In this document: piece by piece, positions 8,676 through 21,373 of the stretch
How the letters are laid out: every line of letters starts with the position of its first letter
Position numbering within the stretch: the first letter of the stretch is position 1
Source: Candidatus Limnocylindrales bacterium
GTDB lineage: Bacteria; Chloroflexota; Limnocylindria; Limnocylindrales; CSP1-4
Direction of reading: 5' to 3'
Assembly: GCA_046704705.1 (NCBI GenBank)
Contig: JBJKRK010000296.1
Coordinates: 1-31,788, forward strand
Length of the DNA stretch: 31,788 nt
Position numbers and translations under genes: made by a program
The notes under the pieces: model-generated
Database searches by the model: none
What the model was told of the DNA's origin: nothing
The model's input: the letters and a program-made list of their open reading frames with translations, nothing else

Positions 8676-8725
8676 AGTCTACCAGTCCGGTCCGGCAGTC
8701 TACCGCGCGAACAGCGAGCGTCCAA
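8676..8725 (-). promoter_or_regulatory. Tandem sigma-70-type promoters of parAB
   Basis: On the minus strand, TTGGAC (8725-8720), 17 bp, TAGACT (8702-8697). A second extended -10 TGGTAGACT lies at 8684-8676. These explain the 11-bp direct repeat GGCAGTCTACC spaced 21 bp apart. Confidence 0.6.
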
Positions 8726-8730
8726 GGCGC

Positions 8731-8773
8731 TTGTCCACAGCTGACCCGAGTTGTTCACCGAATCTGTGGATAA
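8731..8773. promoter_or_regulatory. DnaA-box cluster upstream of parA
   Basis: TGTGGATAA 8765-8773 (perfect reverse complement of TTATCCACA), TTGTCCACA 8731-8739 (1 mismatch), TTGTTCACC 8751-8759 (degenerate). Confidence 0.7.
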
Positions 8774-8794
8774 GTGACGCCCCGTCCGTCGTTT

Positions 8795-8833
8795 GCTGAC
8801 GGGGACCTGACGGCTGCTGACGGCGACCTGACG
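8795..8833. repeat. Helically phased direct repeats: CTGACG x4, forming two 18-mers GCTGACGG(G/C)GACCTGACG 21 bp apart
   Basis: CTGACG starts at 8796, 8807, 8817 and 8828 (spacing 11/10/11). Confidence 0.8.
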
Positions 8834-8920
8834 ACGTGCCATGCGGGCGGCGTCGACCTGTGCGTTTCTGCCGCGACCCGAAGTCCGCGATGGTCGCCGC
8901 GGGGAGAGGTCATGCGCCGC

Positions 8921-8929
8921 TGGTACGAT
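8921..8929 (+). promoter_or_regulatory. Extended -10 (TGGTACGAT) of the pccB operon
   Basis: TGn plus TACGAT about 47 nt upstream of the pccB ATG. Confidence 0.5.
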
Positions 8930-8937
8930 ACCGGGAC

Positions 8938-8955
8938 CGTCTTTGCGCAAAGACG
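8938..8955. promoter_or_regulatory. Palindrome copy 2 (candidate non-canonical parS or operator)
   Basis: Perfect 18-bp palindrome CGTCTTTGCGCAAAGACG with the same 16-bp core (8939-8954). Confidence 0.7.
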
Positions 8956-8975
8956 CGACCGCAGCAGGGAGCGTG

Positions 8976-10529
8976 ATGGCCACCAACGAGGAACGACTCG
9001 TCCGTCTGCGCGTGATGCGCGAGCAGTCTCGCCTCGGGGGCGGGGAGGCGAGGATCGAGCAGCAGCACGCGCGGGGCAAGCTGACGGCCAGGGAACGGCT
9101 CGACATGTTGCTCGACCCGGGATCGTTCGTCGAGCTCGATGCGTTCGTCACCCACCGGGCTACCGAGTTCGGCCTGGACGAGCAACGCATCCTCGGCGAT
9201 GGCGTCGTCACGGGTCACGGCACGATCGATGGTCGACTCGTGTTCGTCTTCAGTCAGGACTTCACGGTCTTCGGAGGATCCCTGTCTGAGACACATGCGG
9301 AGAAGATCTGCAAGATCATGGACCTGGCGATGCGGACGGGCGCGCCGGTTGTGGGGCTGAACGACTCGGGCGGTGCGCGAATCCAGGAAGGCGTCGTGTC
9401 GCTGGGCGGCTATGCCGACATCTTCCTGCGCAACACCCGCGCCTCGGGCGTCATCCCGCAGATCTCGGTGATCATGGGACCGTGCGCCGGCGGCGCGGTG
9501 TACTCACCGGCGATCACCGACGTCACGATCATGGTGGAGGAGACGAGCTACATGTTCGTCACCGGTCCCGACGTTGTGCGCGCCGTGACTCATGAGGATG
9601 TCGACCGTGAGCGGCTGGGTGGCGCGCGCGTCCACACGAGCGTGAGCGGCGTGGCCCACCTGGCCGCGCCCGATGAAGCGGTCGCGCTCGACCTGGCCCG
9701 CCGCATCCTGGGCCACCTGCCACAGAACAACGTGGACGACCCGCCGCACCGCCCGACGAGTGATCCAGCGGATCGTCGCGACCCCGAGCTCGACCGGCTG
9801 GTCCCGGACGAACCGAATCGCCCGTACGACATGCACGAGGTGGTCGCGCGGGTCGTGGACGACGGCGAGTTCCTCGAACTGCAGCCGGCGTGGGCCATGA
9901 ACATCATCATCGGCTTTGCCCACCTGGGCGGCCGGAGCGTGGGAATCGTGGCACAGCAGCCGGCGGTGCTCGCGGGGGCGCTCGACATCGATGCGTCCGA
10001 CAAGGCGGCGCGGTTCGTGCGCCTGTGCGACGCGTTCAACGTCCCGCTGGTGACGTTCGTCGATGTCCCGGGCTTCCTTCCGGGCGTGTCGCAGGAGCAC
10101 GGTGGGATCATCCGTCACGGGGCGAAGCTGCTCTACGCGTACTGTGAGGCGACGGTCCCCAAACTCACCGTCATCACGCGCAAGGCGTACGGTGGTGCGT
10201 ACGACGTCATGAGCAGCAAACATGTCGGTGGGGACATCAACTTCGCCTGGCCTTCAGCGGAGATCGCCGTGATGGGTGTCGAGGGTGCCGTGAACATCAT
10301 CTTCCGGGACCGCATCGGCTCGGCGCAGGATCCCGACGCGGAACGCCAAGCGCTCGTCGCGGAGTACGAGGAACGCTTCGCGCACCCGTACATCGCCGCG
10401 GCGCGCGGGTACGTGGACGATGTGATCGAGCCGTCGGAGACTCGACCGCGACTGATCCGGGCGCTGGAGATGCTCGCCACGAAACGCGACCGGAACCCGG
10501 CGCGCAAGCACGGCAACATCCCGCTGTGA
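8976..10529 (+). CDS. pccB: Acyl-CoA (propionyl/methylmalonyl-CoA) carboxyltransferase beta subunit
   Basis: [68 protein letters not shown] before ATG 8976. Confidence 0.92.
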   Translation: MATNEERLVRLRVMREQSRLGGGEARIEQQHARGKLTARERLDMLLDPGSFVELDAFVTHRATEFGLDEQRILGDGVVTGHGTIDGRLVFVFSQDFTVFGGSLSETHAEKICKIMDLAMRTGAPVVGLNDSGGARIQEGVVSLGGYADIFLRNTRASGVIPQISVIMGPCAGGAVYSPAITDVTIMVEETSYMFVTGPDVVRAVTHEDVDRERLGGARVHTSVSGVAHLAAPDEAVALDLARRILGHLPQNNVDDPPHRPTSDPADRRDPELDRLVPDEPNRPYDMHEVVARVVDDGEFLELQPAWAMNIIIGFAHLGGRSVGIVAQQPAVLAGALDIDASDKAARFVRLCDAFNVPLVTFVDVPGFLPGVSQEHGGIIRHGAKLLYAYCEATVPKLTVITRKAYGGAYDVMSSKHVGGDINFAWPSAEIAVMGVEGAVNIIFRDRIGSAQDPDAERQALVAEYEERFAHPYIAAARGYVDDVIEPSETRPRLIRALEMLATKRDRNPARKHGNIPL

Positions 10530-10534
10530 TGATC

Positions 10535-10550
10535 GTCTTTGCGCAAAGAC
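10535..10550. promoter_or_regulatory. Palindrome copy 3 (candidate non-canonical parS)
   Basis: Perfect GTCTTTGCGCAAAGAC 5 bp after the pccB stop codon. Confidence 0.7.
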
Positions 10551-10656
10551 AGGGGGGCCCGCGGTCTCGTGTTGCCCTGCGGGTGCGCCCCCACCCCCGG
10601 CTGGACGATTCGGGCCGTGCCCCTGGGAGCGGACACGCGCGAATGGGTCGACGGCC

Positions 10657-12266
<1,610 letters not shown>

Positions 12267-12270
<4 letters not shown>

Positions 12271-12815
12271 CGCAGCTGCCGGAACAGGCTGGCTCGTCCC
12301 CCGTTCCCCAGGGCGCGGCACCAGCCGTTCCCGACCCCGGAGCACGGAGCACCGCGTTGCGCGTGACGGTGGCGCCGGAGGGTCAGCTGGCCGTCGACCT
12401 CGTGCCGCAGGCCGACCTGCACCGCGCTGCACGGCAGTCGGTGCATGCGCTGCCGCTCTCGGCCGAGGATCGGGCCGCCGGACGGCGGCGCTACGAAGCG
12501 TTCGTCGACGGATGGCGGTTCGAGTTGACCGTCGAGGCGGCCCACCGCGCGGCCCTGCGGGAGCGTGTCCGGCGTGGACTCGATGGCGAGGGCGGGAGCG
12601 GACCCCAGGTCATCCGGGCGCAGATCCCGGGGAGGATCGTGCAGGTCTGGGTGACGGCAGGCGCCGACGTCGAGGCAGGCGCCCACCTCTGTTCCCTGGA
12701 AGCGATGAAGATGGAGAACGAAATCCGGGCCCCGCGAGCGGGTACTATCGCGCGGGTCATGGTCGAGCCCGGCAGCCGGGTGGAACTGGGGGATGAGCTG
12801 GTGGTGATCGAGTGA
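12267..12815 (+). CDS. Biotin carboxyl carrier protein with N-terminal extension
   Basis: C-terminal biotinyl domain with [12 protein letters not shown] overlap with the accC stop. Confidence 0.88.
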
Positions 12816-14623
12816 GTGCCGGAGCGCGCGATGCGCACGCTGCGGTCGCGCGAGGCGAGCGCGGGCCCCTCGCGGGCGGCGACCGCGGTGGCGGCACGGA
12901 CGAGCCTCTGGAGGCTGCCGCCGGCACTGACCGGGAGGGGAGCAGCCCGGGCGCGGCGCATCCACGGGCGATCGATCCGGGTCGCGAGCGCTGGCGGGCA
13001 GGCGTGCGCGCCCACGCGCTTGCGGAGCATCCGGAGCGCCGTCCGCGCTTCGTGACATCCAGCGGGATCGAGATCGCGGACCTCTACACTCCGGCAGACG
13101 TCGCCGGGCTCGACGAAGCCAGGGATCTCGGCAGGCCCGGCGAGTTCCCGTTCACACGCGGCGTCCAGCCCACGATGTACCGCGGCCGGCTCTGGACGAT
13201 GCGCCAGTACGCCGGCTTCGCCAGTGCGGAGCAGACCAACGAGCGGTTCCGCTACCTCCTCGAACAGGGGCAGACGGGGCTCTCCGTCGCCTTCGACCTG
13301 CCGACTCAGATGGGGTACGACCCGGACGCGCCCCAGGCGCGTGGCGAGGTCGGGAGGGTCGGGGTGCCCATCAGCTCGCTCGCCGACATCGAGACACTCT
13401 TCGCCGGAATCCCGCTGGATCGCGTGAGCACGTCGATGACCATCAACTCGACGGCAGCGATCCTGCTCGCCTTCTACATCGCGGCGGCCGAGCGGCAGGG
13501 CCTCCCTCGCGCGGCGCTGAGCGGCACCACGCAGAACGACATCCTCAAGGAATATGTCGCGCGCGGGACGTATATCTACCCTCCAAAACCGTCGCTCAGG
13601 CTCGTGACTGACATATTCGAGTACTGCTCTTCTGAATTGCCCAGATGGAACACGATTTCCATCTCTGGATATCACATGCGTGAAGCGGGCGCCACGGCGG
13701 CGCAGGAACTGGCATTCACCTTCGCCGACGCGATCGCGTATGTCGAGGCAGCCAGGCAGCGCGGGCTGGACGTGGACAGCTTCGCCGGTCGCCTGAGCTT
13801 CTTCTTCGCGGCGTGGGGCGAGCTCTTCGAAGAGGTGGCGAAGTTCCGCGCGGCGCGGCGCATGTGGGCACACATCATGCGCGACCGCTTTGGAGCTCGC
13901 AGCGAGCGTTCGATGCTCTGTCGCTTCCACGTCCAGACTGCGGGAAGCAGCCTCACCGCGCAGTCGGTCGACAACAACGTGGTGCGCACGACAGTGCAGG
14001 CGCTCGCGGCCGTGCTCGGCGGGGCGCAGAGCCTGCACACCAATGCCCGGGACGAGGCGCTCGCGCTCCCCACCGCCGAATCGGCGCGCCTGGCCCTGCG
14101 GACCCAGCAGATCCTGGCGCACGAGACGGGCGTGGCGGACACGCCGGACCCGCTGGCCGGCAGCTACTACGTGGAGCGCCTGACGGCCGACCTCGAGGCG
14201 GCCGCGGAGTCCTATCTCGAGGAGATCGATGCGCTCGGCGGCACGCTCGCCGCGATCGAGGGCGGTTACCAGCAGCGTCAGATCCAGGAGGCAGCCTACC
14301 GCCAGCAGCGCGAGGTCGAGCGGGGGGATCGGATCGTGGTGGGGGTGAACCGCTTCGTGGACGAGCAGGTGTCGTCCCCGACGCTGCAGCGCATCGATCC
14401 TGCGGAAGAGCAGCGTCAGGTCGACCGTGTCCGGCGCGTCCGTGCGGAGCGCGACCCGCTCACCTGGGAGCGCGCCATGGACCGGCTCGCGACCCTGGCG
14501 CGCGGTGGCGGCAATGTCCTTCCGGCGCTCGTGGAGGCGGCCGCCGCGTATGCCACGCTCGGCGAGATGAGCGATGCCCTGCGCGCCGCCTGGGGCGAGC
14601 ATCGCGAGTCGATCACGATCTGA
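12812..14623 (+). CDS. Methylmalonyl-CoA mutase, substrate-binding large subunit (split type, no B12-binding domain)
   Basis: [19 protein letters not shown] (Tyr, as in MCM rather than isobutyryl-CoA mutase), [39 protein letters not shown]. No DxHxxG motif. Start uncertain. Confidence 0.9.
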   Translation: MSAGARDAHAAVARGERGPLAGGDRGGGTDEPLEAAAGTDREGSSPGAAHPRAIDPGRERWRAGVRAHALAEHPERRPRFVTSSGIEIADLYTPADVAGLDEARDLGRPGEFPFTRGVQPTMYRGRLWTMRQYAGFASAEQTNERFRYLLEQGQTGLSVAFDLPTQMGYDPDAPQARGEVGRVGVPISSLADIETLFAGIPLDRVSTSMTINSTAAILLAFYIAAAERQGLPRAALSGTTQNDILKEYVARGTYIYPPKPSLRLVTDIFEYCSSELPRWNTISISGYHMREAGATAAQELAFTFADAIAYVEAARQRGLDVDSFAGRLSFFFAAWGELFEEVAKFRAARRMWAHIMRDRFGARSERSMLCRFHVQTAGSSLTAQSVDNNVVRTTVQALAAVLGGAQSLHTNARDEALALPTAESARLALRTQQILAHETGVADTPDPLAGSYYVERLTADLEAAAESYLEEIDALGGTLAAIEGGYQQRQIQEAAYRQQREVERGDRIVVGVNRFVDEQVSSPTLQRIDPAEEQRQVDRVRRVRAERDPLTWERAMDRLATLARGGGNVLPALVEAAAAYATLGEMSDALRAAWGEHRESITI

Positions 14624-14693
14624 CCGGCAACCCGGCGCGCCGCGCGAAGCGGTGCAGCCCGGAGACGTCGGAGGACAGCTGGGGAGCACGAGG

Positions 14694-15194
14694 ATGTCGG
14701 ATCTCATCGGTACAGCAGGCCCCGGCGGGCCCGCAATGCAGCCCGCCGCGCTCGCGCGTCGCCACCGGCTCGGCCGGGTGCACCACGTCGCGGTGGTCGT
14801 GCGCGATCTGGAGGCCGCGCTCGGCCTCTACCGGGACACGCTCGGGCTGCCGCTCGAGACCGTGCAGGACATCCCCGGGGACGGCGTCCGCATCGCGTTC
14901 CTGCCGCTCGACGACACGAAGCTCGAGCTCGTCGAGCCCACGGATCCCTCGACCGGGGTGGCCCGCTTTCTCGAGAGCCGCGGCGAGGGATTCCACCATG
15001 TGTGCTTCGAGGTGCCGGACCTGGCCGAAACCCTGACACGGCTCGCCATCAACGGCCTCGAGCTCATCGACACGGCGCCGAGGGCAGGCGCCGAGGGACC
15101 GGTGGCGTTCCTTCACCCGCGCAGCTGCCACGGGCTGCTGGTGGAGCTCATCGAGGCGCCCGGCGGCCCGGCCTGGTCCGCCCTCGGCTACTGA
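14694..15194 (+). CDS. mce: Methylmalonyl-CoA epimerase (VOC family)
   Basis: VHHVAVVV, KLELVEP, GEGFHHVCFEV, FLHPRSCHGLLVELIE; adjacent to the mutase. Start 14694 or 14736. Confidence 0.88.
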   Translation: MSDLIGTAGPGGPAMQPAALARRHRLGRVHHVAVVVRDLEAALGLYRDTLGLPLETVQDIPGDGVRIAFLPLDDTKLELVEPTDPSTGVARFLESRGEGFHHVCFEVPDLAETLTRLAINGLELIDTAPRAGAEGPVAFLHPRSCHGLLVELIEAPGGPAWSALGY

Positions 15195-15236
15195 CGACTC
15201 GACGGGGCGAGCCGGCCCCGGCGCCCGCCCAGCTCG

Positions 15237-16124
15237 TCAGCTCGGTCGGACGCCCTGCTCCATCAGCAGCGTCGCGATCTGGCCGGGCGACTCCGCCACG
15301 CGGAAGCCGGCGGCCTCGAGTGCGGCGACCTTCGCCTGGGCCGTCCCGGAGCCGCCGCTGATGATCGCGCCCGCGTGCCCCATGCGCTTGCCCTCCGGAG
15401 CGGTGCGGCCGGCGATGAAAGCTGCCTTGGGCACGCCCTGCATGTGCTCTGCCGCCCAGGCCGCCGCTTCCTCCTCGGCGCTGCCGCCGATCTCGCCGAT
15501 GAGCACGACCGCGCCCGTGTTCGGGTCCGCGGCGAAGAGCTTGAGGATCTCCAGGTGGCTCGTGCCGACGATCGGGTCGCCGCCGATCCCCACGCAGGTC
15601 GACTGGCCGAGCCCGGCGTCCGTGAGCGCCTGCACGACCTCGTACGTCAGCGTGCCGGAGCGGCTGACCACGCCGACGGGGCCCTCGCGGTGGATCGAAC
15701 CGGGGATGATGCCGACCTTCGCCTCTCCCGGCGAGGTCAGGCCCGGGCAGTTCGGCCCGATGAGCCGCGCGCCCGCCGCGTGGACGACGGGCATGACTTT
15801 CAGCATGTCGAGGGCCGGAATCCGTTCGGTGATGCAGACCACCAGCTTGATGCCCGCGTCGACGGCTTCGAGCACCGCATCGGGGGCGGCCGGCGCCGGC
15901 ACGTAGATGATGCTGGTGTTCGCGCCGGTCTCGCGGACCGCCTGCGCGACGGTGTTGAAGACGGGGACGCGGCCGTCGACCGCGCGCTGCCCGCCCTTGC
16001 CCGGCGTCATGCCGGCCACCACCTGCGTGCCGTAGGCCACCATCTGGCGCGCGTGGAACTCGCCCTCGCGGCCGGTGATGCCCTGCACGACGAGCCGCGT
16101 CTCGCGGCCGACCAGAATGCTCAT
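15237..16124 (-). CDS. sucD: Succinyl-CoA synthetase alpha subunit
   Basis: [33 protein letters not shown], phospho-His motif RMGHAGA. Confidence 0.96.
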   Translation of the reverse strand: MSILVGRETRLVVQGITGREGEFHARQMVAYGTQVVAGMTPGKGGQRAVDGRVPVFNTVAQAVRETGANTSIIYVPAPAAPDAVLEAVDAGIKLVVCITERIPALDMLKVMPVVHAAGARLIGPNCPGLTSPGEAKVGIIPGSIHREGPVGVVSRSGTLTYEVVQALTDAGLGQSTCVGIGGDPIVGTSHLEILKLFAADPNTGAVVLIGEIGGSAEEEAAAWAAEHMQGVPKAAFIAGRTAPEGKRMGHAGAIISGGSGTAQAKVAALEAAGFRVAESPGQIATLLMEQGVRPS

Positions 16125-16179
16125 GCTTGCTCGCTTCCCGGTGTGTGGCTGCTGCGATCGGGCGTGGATCGGCGGGGGC

Positions 16180-17367
16180 TCACGCCGCGCCTGCCGCGAC
16201 CTGACGCGCTGCCGCGACGGCGCGTTCGGCGGCCTCCTCGAGGCTGCTTGCCGTTTCGAACTTCGCCGCGTGCAGGATCTCGGCGGCCTCCTTCGCGTTG
16301 GTGCCCACGATGCGCACCACCATCGGCACGTCGCGCGTCTGCCTGCTGCGTGCCTCCACGAGCCCTCTGGCGACCTCGTCGCCGCGCGTGATCCCGCCGA
16401 AGATGTTCACCAGGATGACCTGCACCTTGGGGTCGGCCAGGATCAGCTTCATCGCGGCGGTCACCTGCTCGGCCTTCGCGCCGCCTCCGATGTCGAGGAA
16501 GTTGGCGGGCTCACCGCCGGCCCGTTTCACCAGGTCCATCGTGGTCATGGCGAGCCCGGCGCCGTTCACCAGGCAGCCGATGGAGCCATCGAGGTGAATG
16601 AAGTTGATCTCCTTCGTGCGGGCCTCGATGTCGGCGGGGTCCTCCTCGTCCAGGTCGCGCCGGGCCTCGAGGTCGGGGTGGCGCGTGAGCGCGGAGTCGT
16701 CGAGCGTGATCTTCGCGTCGAGGCACACGAGCCGCTCCCGCGGGGCCCCATCCTGCCCCTGCTCCCGGACGACGGCGAGCGGGTTGACCTCCACCAGGTC
16801 GGCGTCGTTGACCCGCAGGCACTCCACGAGCCCTTGCGCGATGGCGACCGCCTGCTTGAGGAACGGACCACCCAACCCGAGGGCGAAGGCCATCTGGCGG
16901 GCCTGGTAGTCGAGGAGGCCGAGGAGGGGGTGGGCGTAGACGCGCACGATCGCCTCGGGGTTCTCGTGCGCCACGTGTTCGATCTCGACGCCGCCCTCGG
17001 CCGAACCCATCAGCAGGATCCGCTGCGACGCGCGATCGAGCACCGCGCCCAGGTAGTACTCGCGGGTGATGTCCGCGGCCACGGCCACCAGCACCTTGCG
17101 CACCGTGATGCCCTTGATGTCCATGCCGAGGATCGACCGAGCGACCGCCTCGGCCTCCGCCGGATCGGCGGCGAGCTTCACGCCACCGGCCTTGCCCCGC
17201 CCCCCGACGAGCACCTGCGCCTTCACCACGACCTGCGCAGCGCCCGCGGCGAACAGCCGTTCCGCCACCGCCCGCGCTTCCGCCGCGGTGGCTGCCACGG
17301 CACCCTCGGTCACCGGCAGTCCCGTGCTGCACAACAGTTCGCGGGCGTGGAATTCCTGTAGCTTCAT
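16180..17367 (-). CDS. sucC: Succinyl-CoA synthetase beta subunit
   Basis: [52 protein letters not shown]. Confidence 0.96.
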   Translation of the reverse strand: MKLQEFHARELLCSTGLPVTEGAVAATAAEARAVAERLFAAGAAQVVVKAQVLVGGRGKAGGVKLAADPAEAEAVARSILGMDIKGITVRKVLVAVAADITREYYLGAVLDRASQRILLMGSAEGGVEIEHVAHENPEAIVRVYAHPLLGLLDYQARQMAFALGLGGPFLKQAVAIAQGLVECLRVNDADLVEVNPLAVVREQGQDGAPRERLVCLDAKITLDDSALTRHPDLEARRDLDEEDPADIEARTKEINFIHLDGSIGCLVNGAGLAMTTMDLVKRAGGEPANFLDIGGGAKAEQVTAAMKLILADPKVQVILVNIFGGITRGDEVARGLVEARSRQTRDVPMVVRIVGTNAKEAAEILHAAKFETASSLEEAAERAVAAARQVAAGAA

Positions 17368-17434
17368 ACGCTCGGATCATCCTCCAGGGGGACCTGGGCC
17401 GCCTCGCGCGCCCGACGCATTCCAGATGTGCGAC

Positions 17435-17460
17435 AGGATAGCGCAGCGCGACGCTAGAAT
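17435..17460. promoter_or_regulatory. Overlapping divergent -10 elements for sucC (TATCCT, minus, 17440-17435) and sdhC (TAGAAT, plus, 17455-17460)
   Basis: Two TAnnnT hexamers on opposite strands in the short divergent spacer. No clear -35 elements. Confidence 0.4.
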
Positions 17461-17602
17461 GGTCCGAGGTCAATCCCGGTCCGGTTCGCGGCGTTTCCGC
17501 TGCTCGGTGGCGTCTCCGGTCGGGTTCAGACCGCGGGAGTGACGCTCACGGACACCAGCGCCTGACCATGCCGGTCGGCCGAACAAGCAAGGCGGAGGCT
17601 GC

Positions 17603-17983
17603 ATGCTGTCGCGTTACCTGTCGTACCGGGGTCATCGCGAGGGGTACCTTGCCTGGGCCTTCCACCGGATCACCGGCGTCGCGATCTGGCTGTTCGTCAT
17701 CGTGCACGTCATCGACATCTACCTGGTCGGGGGCGACCCGCAGGCGTACAACAACATCCTCAAGGTGTACGCGAGCCCGCCCGGCAGGGTGGGGGAGGTG
17801 CTGCTCGGCGCGGCGCTCTTCTACCACGCGCTCAACGGCCTGCGCATCCTGATCATGGACCTGTGGCCGGCGATGACGGTGTTCCACCGGCAGATCTGGT
17901 ACGCCAGCTGGGTGATCTTCTTCGTGGTCGGCATCCCGGGGGCCTTCATCATCCTCCGGCCGATCCTGCCGGCAGGCCTGTAG
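17603..17983 (+). CDS. sdhC: Succinate dehydrogenase cytochrome b556 subunit
   Basis: [19 protein letters not shown], 3 TM segments, GGAGG RBS; first gene of the sdh operon. Confidence 0.9.
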   Translation: MLSRYLSYRGHREGYLAWAFHRITGVAIWLFVIVHVIDIYLVGGDPQAYNNILKVYASPPGRVGEVLLGAALFYHALNGLRILIMDLWPAMTVFHRQIWYASWVIFFVVGIPGAFIILRPILPAGL

Positions 17984-17994
17984 GGAGCAGGGCG

Positions 17995-18395
17995 ATGATC
18001 CGCATCAACCCGCAGACGTCGTCCCGCCGCAAGCCGGAGGGCAGCGGCTTCGAGCTGTTCGTCTGGTACTTCATGCGCATCAGCGGCGTGGGGCTGTTCG
18101 TCCTCGCGCTGGCGCACTTCAGCATCCTGCACTTCATCTTCGACCCGTCCAACGAGACTTCGACGTTCATCATCGATCAGCGCTGGCGATTCCTGTACTG
18201 GCGGGTCTTCGATTGGCTGCTGCTCATGATGGTGCTGTTCCACAGCTTCATGGGCGTGCGCACCGTCATGAACGACTACATCCACGCGCTCCGTGCGCGC
18301 CTGATCTCGCTTTCGGTGCTCTACCTCCTGGCAGCGGTGCTCTTCGTCACGGGCACGAGCGTCGTCCTCACCCTGCCTGTTCCAGGGGCGAACTG

Positions 18396-18396
<1 letters not shown>
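17995..18396 (+). CDS. sdhD: Succinate dehydrogenase membrane anchor subunit
   Basis: [22 protein letters not shown], 3 TM segments. ATG 17995 is in frame within ORF 17863..18396. Confidence 0.88.
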
Positions 18397-20138
<1,742 letters not shown>

Positions 20139-20145
20139 GGCGAGC

Positions 20146-20844
20146 ATGCAGGTCGAGTTGCGCATCCAACGCTACGATCCGGAGCACGACAGCGCGCCGC
20201 ACTGGGAGGAATACCGGGTCGACGCGCCGCCGCTCGCGCGCGTCCTCGACGTGCTCCACCTGGTGAAGTGGGAGCAGGACGGCACGCTGACGTTCCGGCG
20301 CTCGTGTGCCCACGCGGTCTGCGGATCGGACGCGATGCTGATCAACGGGCACAACCGGCTCGCCTGCAAGATCCGTGTCGACCAGCTGGGCAAACGCATC
20401 TCCATCGCGCCGCTGCCGGGGCTGCCGGTGGTGAAGGATCTCGTGGTCGACATGGACGGCTTCTTCGCGAAGTACCGCAGCGTCCGGCCCTTCCTGGTCA
20501 ACGACTCGCCGCCGCCGGTGACGGAGCGCTATCAGAGCCAGGAAGACCGCGCCCGCTACGACGACACCACGAAGTGCATCCTGTGCGCGGCCTGCACCAG
20601 CTCCTGCCCTTCGTTCTGGGCGCAGGAGAGCTATGTGGGGCCAGCGGCGATCGTGAACGCGCACCGCTTCATCTTCGACTCGCGTGATGAGGCGGCCGAG
20701 GAACGGCTGGACATCCTGGCCAACCGCGACGGGGTCTGGCACTGCCGGACCATCTTCAACTGCGTCGACGCGTGCCCGCGCGGCATCAACATCACGCGGG
20801 CCATCCTGGAGGTGTCGACGGCCATCGTGGAGCACTCGACCTGA
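20146..20844 (+). CDS. sdhB: Succinate dehydrogenase iron-sulfur subunit
   Basis: SCAHAVCGSD, LACK, CILCAACTSSCP, CRTIFNCVDACP. Confidence 0.95.
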   Translation: MQVELRIQRYDPEHDSAPHWEEYRVDAPPLARVLDVLHLVKWEQDGTLTFRRSCAHAVCGSDAMLINGHNRLACKIRVDQLGKRISIAPLPGLPVVKDLVVDMDGFFAKYRSVRPFLVNDSPPPVTERYQSQEDRARYDDTTKCILCAACTSSCPSFWAQESYVGPAAIVNAHRFIFDSRDEAAEERLDILANRDGVWHCRTIFNCVDACPRGINITRAILEVSTAIVEHST

Positions 20845-21365
20845 GCGCCCGCCGCCCTCTGCGGCTGCTGATCCGCACGGATGGCGCGGCGCGCGGGAAC
20901 CCGGGTCCGGCTTCCTGCGGTGCCGTGCTGATCGATGCCGACCAACCGGGGGCCGAGGACCCTGACGCGACGCCGCTCGTCGCGCTGTCTCGACCGCTCG
21001 GCGTGCGGACGAACAACGTCGCCGAGTACACCGGCGTCGTGCTGGCGCTGCGCGAGGCCCGGCGGGTCGGCGCCGCGGAGGTGTCGCTCATCCTGGACTC
21101 CAACCTGATCGTCGAGCAGCTCGCCGGTCGCTGGCGGGTGAAGGACGCGAAGCTCGCGCCGCTCCACCGTGAGGCGCGTGAGCTGCTGTCGGGTTTCGTC
21201 CGCTGGAGCGTGCGCCACGAGCCCCGCAGCCGGAACCGTGCCGCCGACGCGCTGGCCAACCTCGCGCTCGACGACCCCGCGGCTGCCGCACGGACCGAGC
21301 AGCGCTACGGCGTGGTGCGCGATTCGCTCGCGGCCGGCCAGCGCACGTTCTTCGGGGAAGCCTAG
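20841..21365 (+). CDS. rnhA: Ribonuclease HI (type 1)
   Basis: Catalytic DEDD set in TDGAARGNPG, TNNVAEY, LDSNLIVEQ, NRAADALAN. Start uncertain: CTG 20841 with RBS, or ATG 20772 inside sdhB. Confidence 0.88.
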   Translation: MSARRPLRLLIRTDGAARGNPGPASCGAVLIDADQPGAEDPDATPLVALSRPLGVRTNNVAEYTGVVLALREARRVGAAEVSLILDSNLIVEQLAGRWRVKDAKLAPLHREARELLSGFVRWSVRHEPRSRNRAADALANLALDDPAAAARTEQRYGVVRDSLAAGQRTFFGEA

Positions 21366-21368
21366 AAT
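21363..21368 (+). promoter_or_regulatory. -10 element (TAGAAT) of rnpB
   Basis: TAGAAT 6 nt upstream of the 5' strand of the P1 helix; overlaps the rnhA stop. Confidence 0.55.
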
Positions 21369-21373
21369 CCGGT

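Noticed and set aside
8673-8704. GGCAGTCTACC direct repeat as plasmid-type iterons
   Set aside because: On the minus strand each copy contains TAGACT, one with a 17-bp-spaced -35 and one with an extended TG. Tandem parA promoters explain it, and no rep gene is present.
8586-8975. Confident oriC call
   Set aside because: Only 2-3 DnaA boxes, no AT-rich unwinding element or DnaA-trio run, and no dnaA/dnaN nearby. Kept only as a hypothesis.
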